Assembly: GCA_003647095.1 (NCBI GenBank)
Contig: QMME01000002.1
Location: 1 to 36,112, forward strand
Direction of reading: 5' to 3'
DNA: 36,112 nt
Origin: Deltaproteobacteria bacterium
GTDB taxonomy: Bacteria > Myxococcota > B64-G9
Both the position numbers and the translations under genes were made by a program. Positions 32,116 to 36,112 of the stretch are shown here, in pieces. The notes beneath the pieces were generated by a model that ran no database searches, was not told where the DNA came from, and saw only the letters and a list, made by a program, of their open reading frames with translations. The stretch's first letter is position 1; each line of letters starts with the position of its first letter.

Positions 32116-34233
32116 CTAGCGTTCACCGTACCAGGCTCCCTCCATGCTGGAGTTGGTGATGATGGTGACGTCACCCTGCCAGATGCCGTCCTTCGTCTGT
32201 TCGAAGTCCGGGGTGCCCAGGAAGGTTCCGTAGGGCGGGTTGTCGTCTTCTACCGTGATGGTGGCATGACCGGTAAAGTTCAGGTATTTCCAGTCGATAC
32301 CGATCTGGTCGAGCAGTCCGCGGATGAGATCGTCGGCCTGGGGCTTGAAGTTGTCGCAGGCCTGCTCGGTGCTGTCGCCCACGTCGGAGCAGTTGAACCA
32401 GGAACCGAACCCCCAATCCTCGCACCATCCCTCCACCGAGTCGCCGATGGCCTCGCAGTCGATGATATCCATGAGCGCGTCTTCCAGGTTGTCGTAGCCG
32501 GTGAAGATATCGATGAGCAGGTCGAGCAGCATGGCCACGAACTTGGAATATTCCATGCGCACCGTGCGCGGGTCGATGAGCAGGGTGTACTTGGTGACCG
32601 GGCCGCTGTCGTCGACCTGGATCTTGCCGGTGAAGGGAGTCACTTCCAGGCCCACGTCGGCGAAATCCATGTCGGTGCGGTTGATGTCGATGGTGGCGCA
32701 GTCGGGCCAGTCGGGGTTGTCGTGGGGATTGCAGCAGTTGCCGGGTTCGCCCCGGGGGCCGCACTCGCAGCAGGCCTGCGGGTAGCGGATGAAGATGGTG
32801 TCCCATTGCTCGGTGCCGGAGACGAGTTCACGCGGATTGAGGTGGACAAGCTCCATGGTGCCCTCGGCGCGAAGCTCGTGCAGCATGTTGAACAGGTTGT
32901 TGAACAAGCCGATCAGTGTGCCCACCCAATCGGGCACGTACTGGTCGATGACGTCGCAGAGCAGGTCGTCGATGAAGCCGATGCCGGTAATATTGCAGTA
33001 ATTTATGACCTGGTCGAGAGTTTCGATGATATCCGCCACGGTGGCTCCGCCCAGGGCCCCGGAGGTGTCGAAGAAGTGCCTGGTGTACCAGCGACCACCA
33101 AGTTCCGGCACGACCACGTCGGGGGGATTGTCGGGCTGGCAGAAGCCGTTGACGCAGATGAATCCGGGAGGACAGTCATCGTCGGTTTCGCACTCGGCGC
33201 CTCCCTGGCACTCGGGTATGGTTGACTCCTCGGGGCAGGGGTAGCACTCGTGGCCCTCGCAGTAGTAGCCGGGCGGGCAGTCGGCATGGGTCTCGCAGCT
33301 GTCGGGCAGGGCGCCGTCGGGGCGGCACACACCCCGCTCGCAGCTATAGCCGTCGGGGCAGTCATCGTCGCTCTGGCAGTCCGAGCCTCCGGCGGGCTGG
33401 CAGGCGCCGGAGACGCAGGTGAAGCCGCTGGGACAGTCGTCGTCACTGGCGCACTGTTGCCGGGACTTGACGGTGATGGTGAAGGAGACCTTTTCCAGTA
33501 CCTCGGTGACGCCCTCCGCCACCACGCTGTATTGCACCGGTACGCTGCCGCAGTTGAAGACGTTGTTGGCCACCCCGGAGAGGTTGGTGATGGTCTTGGC
33601 GTCCTGCAACGAGGCATCTCCGCCCGGTGGTGGATTGGGAATGGAAAATCCCACTTCCACGCCGCGTACCGGGGCATTGGTGTACAGGTCGGTGACGCGT
33701 ACCTCCAGCTGCAGTGATTCGCCGACATAGCATTCCAGGCCCAGGGGGCCGGTGGCGGCCAGCTGGTGCAGAATGGGCTTCAGGGTGATGGTGAAGAAGA
33801 CTCCATCGGGGTCGTCGACGTGGGTAACGTGCACCCCGAAAGTGGTATCGCTGATCTGTTCACCGGGGGCCACGCTCAGGGTGACCTGGGCCACGCCCAT
33901 GTCGGAGGTGACGGCGGTATCCGCCGAGAGGGAGGCTCCGCCGGGGTTCTGCAGGATCTCGAACTGCACCGTCTCACCGGCAACGGCGCCCACGCACTTT
34001 TCGATCAAGGCCACGGCCAGGTCGATCTGTTCTCCGGGATGCATCTCGCGGTTGGGACTGCCCACCACGCTGAGCAACCGCTGGCCGCCGCCCTGGCAGC
34101 CGTCCATGTCGAAGCCGTCACCGCCGTCGGGGTTGGAGCTGCTGCCGCCACCACAACCGGCGGCACTTGCCAGCACCAGCACCAGCGGTAACCAGGCGAA
34201 ACGAACACACACCTTGATAGTCTCCTGCTTCAT
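32116..34233 (-). CDS. Large lipoprotein: two Ig-like (Big-type) domains, four DDDCPxGxxC modules, and an unassigned ~335-aa C-terminal domain
   Basis: Lipobox LASAAGCGGG with RBS GGGAGG. Ig-like segments (GETVQFEILQNPGGASLSADTAVTSDMGVAQVTLSV; GVEVGFSIPNPPPGGDASLQDAKTITNLSGVANNVF). Modules CASDDDCPSGFTCVSGACQP, CQSDDDCPDGYSCERGVCRP, CETHADCPPGYYCEGHECYP and CETDDDCPPGFICVNGFCQP. The acidic C-terminal domain has no motif I recognise. Confidence 0.8.
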   Translation of the reverse strand: MKQETIKVCVRFAWLPLVLVLASAAGCGGGSSSNPDGGDGFDMDGCQGGGQRLLSVVGSPNREMHPGEQIDLAVALIEKCVGAVAGETVQFEILQNPGGASLSADTAVTSDMGVAQVTLSVAPGEQISDTTFGVHVTHVDDPDGVFFTITLKPILHQLAATGPLGLECYVGESLQLEVRVTDLYTNAPVRGVEVGFSIPNPPPGGDASLQDAKTITNLSGVANNVFNCGSVPVQYSVVAEGVTEVLEKVSFTITVKSRQQCASDDDCPSGFTCVSGACQPAGGSDCQSDDDCPDGYSCERGVCRPDGALPDSCETHADCPPGYYCEGHECYPCPEESTIPECQGGAECETDDDCPPGFICVNGFCQPDNPPDVVVPELGGRWYTRHFFDTSGALGGATVADIIETLDQVINYCNITGIGFIDDLLCDVIDQYVPDWVGTLIGLFNNLFNMLHELRAEGTMELVHLNPRELVSGTEQWDTIFIRYPQACCECGPRGEPGNCCNPHDNPDWPDCATIDINRTDMDFADVGLEVTPFTGKIQVDDSGPVTKYTLLIDPRTVRMEYSKFVAMLLDLLIDIFTGYDNLEDALMDIIDCEAIGDSVEGWCEDWGFGSWFNCSDVGDSTEQACDNFKPQADDLIRGLLDQIGIDWKYLNFTGHATITVEDDNPPYGTFLGTPDFEQTKDGIWQGDVTIITNSSMEGAWYGER

Positions 34234-34336
34234 GACAAACCTCCCTTGCCCGTTGCCACGGGCCGGGTTTTCCTTTTTCTCCGGTCATTATGACCCAGGC
34301 AGGGGGAAAAAGGCAATACGACAAGGTGACCATCAC

Positions 34337-34365
34337 TTGAAGGTATTTTGCCGCTGGACTAAACT
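34337..34365 (+). promoter_or_regulatory. Sigma70-like promoter candidate for thrC (TTGAAG-N17-TAAACT)
   Basis: TTGAAG at 34337-34342, a 17-nt spacer, then TAAACT at 34360-34365, about 35 nt upstream of ATG 34401, which has RBS GGAAGGAG. Confidence 0.35.
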
Positions 34366-34400
34366 TTCTTGTCTGCCGGGCGGGCGGAAGGAGCATAGCG

Positions 34401-35681
34401 ATGGTCGGCAATGGAGGATACCAGCCGCTGGTCACCCACCTCGAGTGCGACAGTTGCGGGCAACACTTCCCGCCCGGACAGGTGGAACTGGTGTGCCCGG
34501 ATTGCGGCCCCGACCTGGGTACGCTCACCGTGCACTACGACTACCGGCAGGTGGCCGGTATCCTCACGCGCCGGGCCCTGGAGCAGAACCGCGAGCAGTC
34601 ACACTGGCGTTACCTGGACATCCTGCCGGTGGCCCGGCGTCCGGCCCGGCTGCACCCGCGCGTGGGCTGGACCCCGCTGTACCGGCTCGATGAGCTGGCC
34701 GGGAGGTTCGGGGTACGGCGTTTGTGGGTGAAGGATGATGGCATCAATCCCTCGGCCTCGTTCAAGGACAGGGCCTCGAGCGTGGGCGTGGCCCACGCTC
34801 TGGCACTGGGCCGCCGGGTGATAACCGCCGCCTCCACGGGCAACGCCGCTTCCTCGCTGTCGCTGTTTGCCGCCTGTGCCGGCCTGGAGACGGTCATCTT
34901 CGTTCCCGCCACCGCTCCCCCGGCCAAGCTGGCCCAGCTGTTGCTGTTCGGGGCCCGGGTGCTGGCTGTCGACGGTAGCTACGACCAGGCCTTCGACCTG
35001 TGCCTGCAGGTGGCCCAGAGCCGCGACCTGTACTGCCGCAACACTGCCGTAAACCCCGTGCTTTCCGAGGGCAAGAAGACGGCGGCGCTGGAGATCTGCG
35101 AGCAGCTCGACTTCCGTCCCCCCCGGGCCGTGGTGGTGGCTGTGGGAGACGGCTGCATCATCGGCGGCCTGTGGAAGGGGTTCCAGGACTTCCGGCGCCT
35201 GGGGCTGATCGACAACCTGCCCAGGATGTACGGGGTGCAGGCGGCCGGCTCGGCTCCCCTGGTGGAGGCCTTCGAGCGGGGAGACAGCAACGCCCTGTCG
35301 ACCTGCCTGGACGATCCGCACACCGTGGCCGATTCCATCTGCGTGGGTCATCCGCGCGATCACATCAAGGCCCTGCGGGCGGTGCGGCAATCGGGAGGGG
35401 CCATGGTGGCGGTGGAGGACGAGGCCATCATGGAGGCCATGCGCACCCTGGCGCGCCGGGCCGGGATCTTCGCCGAGCCGGCCGGGGCCACGGCCCTGGC
35501 CGGCCTGGGCCGACTGGGCGAACTGGGACTGCTGGGGCGGGACGACGACGTTGTGGTACTGGTCACCGGCAACGGGCTCAAGGACGTGGCCGCGGCCGTA
35601 CGGGCCGCCGGGCGGGAGCCCGAGGGGGTGGCGGCCGAGCTGGCGGCGGTGGAGGCCCGGCTGGATGCCGGGGAGGGTTGA
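34401..35681 (+). CDS. thrC: Threonine synthase (PLP-dependent, with an N-terminal Zn-ribbon)
   Basis: CDSCGQHF...CPDCG ribbon. PLP-lysine motif NPSASFKDRASS. AASTGNAASSLS. Gly-rich loop VAVGDGCIIGG. VLVTGNGLKD near the C-terminus. Confidence 0.82.
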   Translation: MVGNGGYQPLVTHLECDSCGQHFPPGQVELVCPDCGPDLGTLTVHYDYRQVAGILTRRALEQNREQSHWRYLDILPVARRPARLHPRVGWTPLYRLDELAGRFGVRRLWVKDDGINPSASFKDRASSVGVAHALALGRRVITAASTGNAASSLSLFAACAGLETVIFVPATAPPAKLAQLLLFGARVLAVDGSYDQAFDLCLQVAQSRDLYCRNTAVNPVLSEGKKTAALEICEQLDFRPPRAVVVAVGDGCIIGGLWKGFQDFRRLGLIDNLPRMYGVQAAGSAPLVEAFERGDSNALSTCLDDPHTVADSICVGHPRDHIKALRAVRQSGGAMVAVEDEAIMEAMRTLARRAGIFAEPAGATALAGLGRLGELGLLGRDDDVVVLVTGNGLKDVAAAVRAAGREPEGVAAELAAVEARLDAGEG

Positions 35682-36112
35682 TGGGGGCCCTGGCGGCAGT
35701 TCTGTTGGTGCTGGCCGGGGCGTTGGCCCCGGCCCGGCAGGTCGAGTTGCAGGTCGTACCCGCCAGGCCGGCCCAGGGCCAGCTGGTGGTGTTGACCATC
35801 ACCGGCCACCGCCCCGGAGACAACATCACCGGCAGCTGCAACGGCCGGCCCCTGCGTTTTTTCCTGGACGAGGCGGGGCGGGTGCGAGCCCTGACAGCGA
35901 TACCGCTGAAGCAGAAGCCGGGGCCGGTGCCGCTGCTGGTGCGTGTCCAGCCGAGCGACGGCGAGCCCATCATTCACGGCCGCAGCCTGCAGGTGGTGGC
36001 CGGCAAGTTCGACAGGCAGGAACTCAAGGTGGCCCGGCGTTTCGTAAAACCTCCCGCCGCGGTGCGACGGCGCATACGCCGGGAGCGCCGCCTGCTGCGC
36101 AAGATCTGGCGC
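35681..36112 (+). CDS. Secreted protein, probably the N-terminal part of an M23-family peptidase (3' end outside the window)
   Basis: ATG 35681 overlaps the thrC stop (ATGA), and the frame is open to the window end; it is absent from the ORF track because there is no stop. Signal peptide MGALAAVLLVLAGALAPA. LQVVAGKFDRQELKVARRFVKPPAAVRRRIRRERRLLRKIW resembles the pre-catalytic region common in M23 endopeptidases. The catalytic domain is not in the window. Confidence 0.5.
   Translation, partial: MGALAAVLLVLAGALAPARQVELQVVPARPAQGQLVVLTITGHRPGDNITGSCNGRPLRFFLDEAGRVRALTAIPLKQKPGPVPLLVRVQPSDGEPIIHGRSLQVVAGKFDRQELKVARRFVKPPAAVRRRIRRERRLLRKIWR

Overview
GC-rich, densely coding bacterial chromosomal segment with about 36 protein genes and one tRNA. 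I saw no transposase, integrase, phage gene or CRISPR array. The gene content (PEGA, PilZ, MshEN, TPR, an Hsp70 paralogue, several Cys-rich repeat lipoproteins, a HEAT-repeat protein inside a che operon) looks Myxococcota/deltaproteobacteria-like; this taxonomic guess is inference only.

Layout:
- 1-6111 (+): 3' part of a chemosensory operon, MCP -> HEAT-repeat protein -> CheR -> CheB -> coiled-coil GAF protein -> CheY.
- 6160-13129: mixed genes. These are a discoidin-like membrane protein, a TetR plus Lys-rich lipoprotein pair, an IMPase-family enzyme, asnS, an SDR, a TPR exported protein and a lipoprotein.
- 13139-15768: a cluster of three predicted c-di-GMP receptors (PilZ, tRNA-Arg(CCG), PilZ, then a divergent stand-alone MshEN protein) coupled to a PEGA protein.
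- 15755-21298 (-), at the window centre: a translationally coupled operon. It encodes a 10-module DNDCDG Cys-rich lipoprotein with a C-terminal sorting-signal-like tail, a cytoplasmic GHSQGG alpha/beta hydrolase, and a roughly 14-TM internally duplicated membrane protein carrying a spermidine-synthase-like fold. I rate this the best candidate for an undescribed system.
- 21447-25700: cls, a Zn-ribbon ORF, an exported protein, coaE and an acyl-reductase-like SDR.
- 25707-30137 (-): a non-housekeeping J-protein -> Hsp70 -> TPR/disordered-protein operon. The two accessory proteins share a roughly 47-aa module.
- 30297-34233 (-): two more Cys-rich lipoproteins, one with a roughly 335-aa domain I cannot assign.
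- 34401-36112 (+): thrC coupled to a 3'-truncated M23-peptidase-like gene.

Several TTGACA-N17/18-TAnnnT promoter-like sites were read directly from intergenic DNA, and they argue for some start-codon revisions. All product calls rest on motifs read by eye; no database search was possible.
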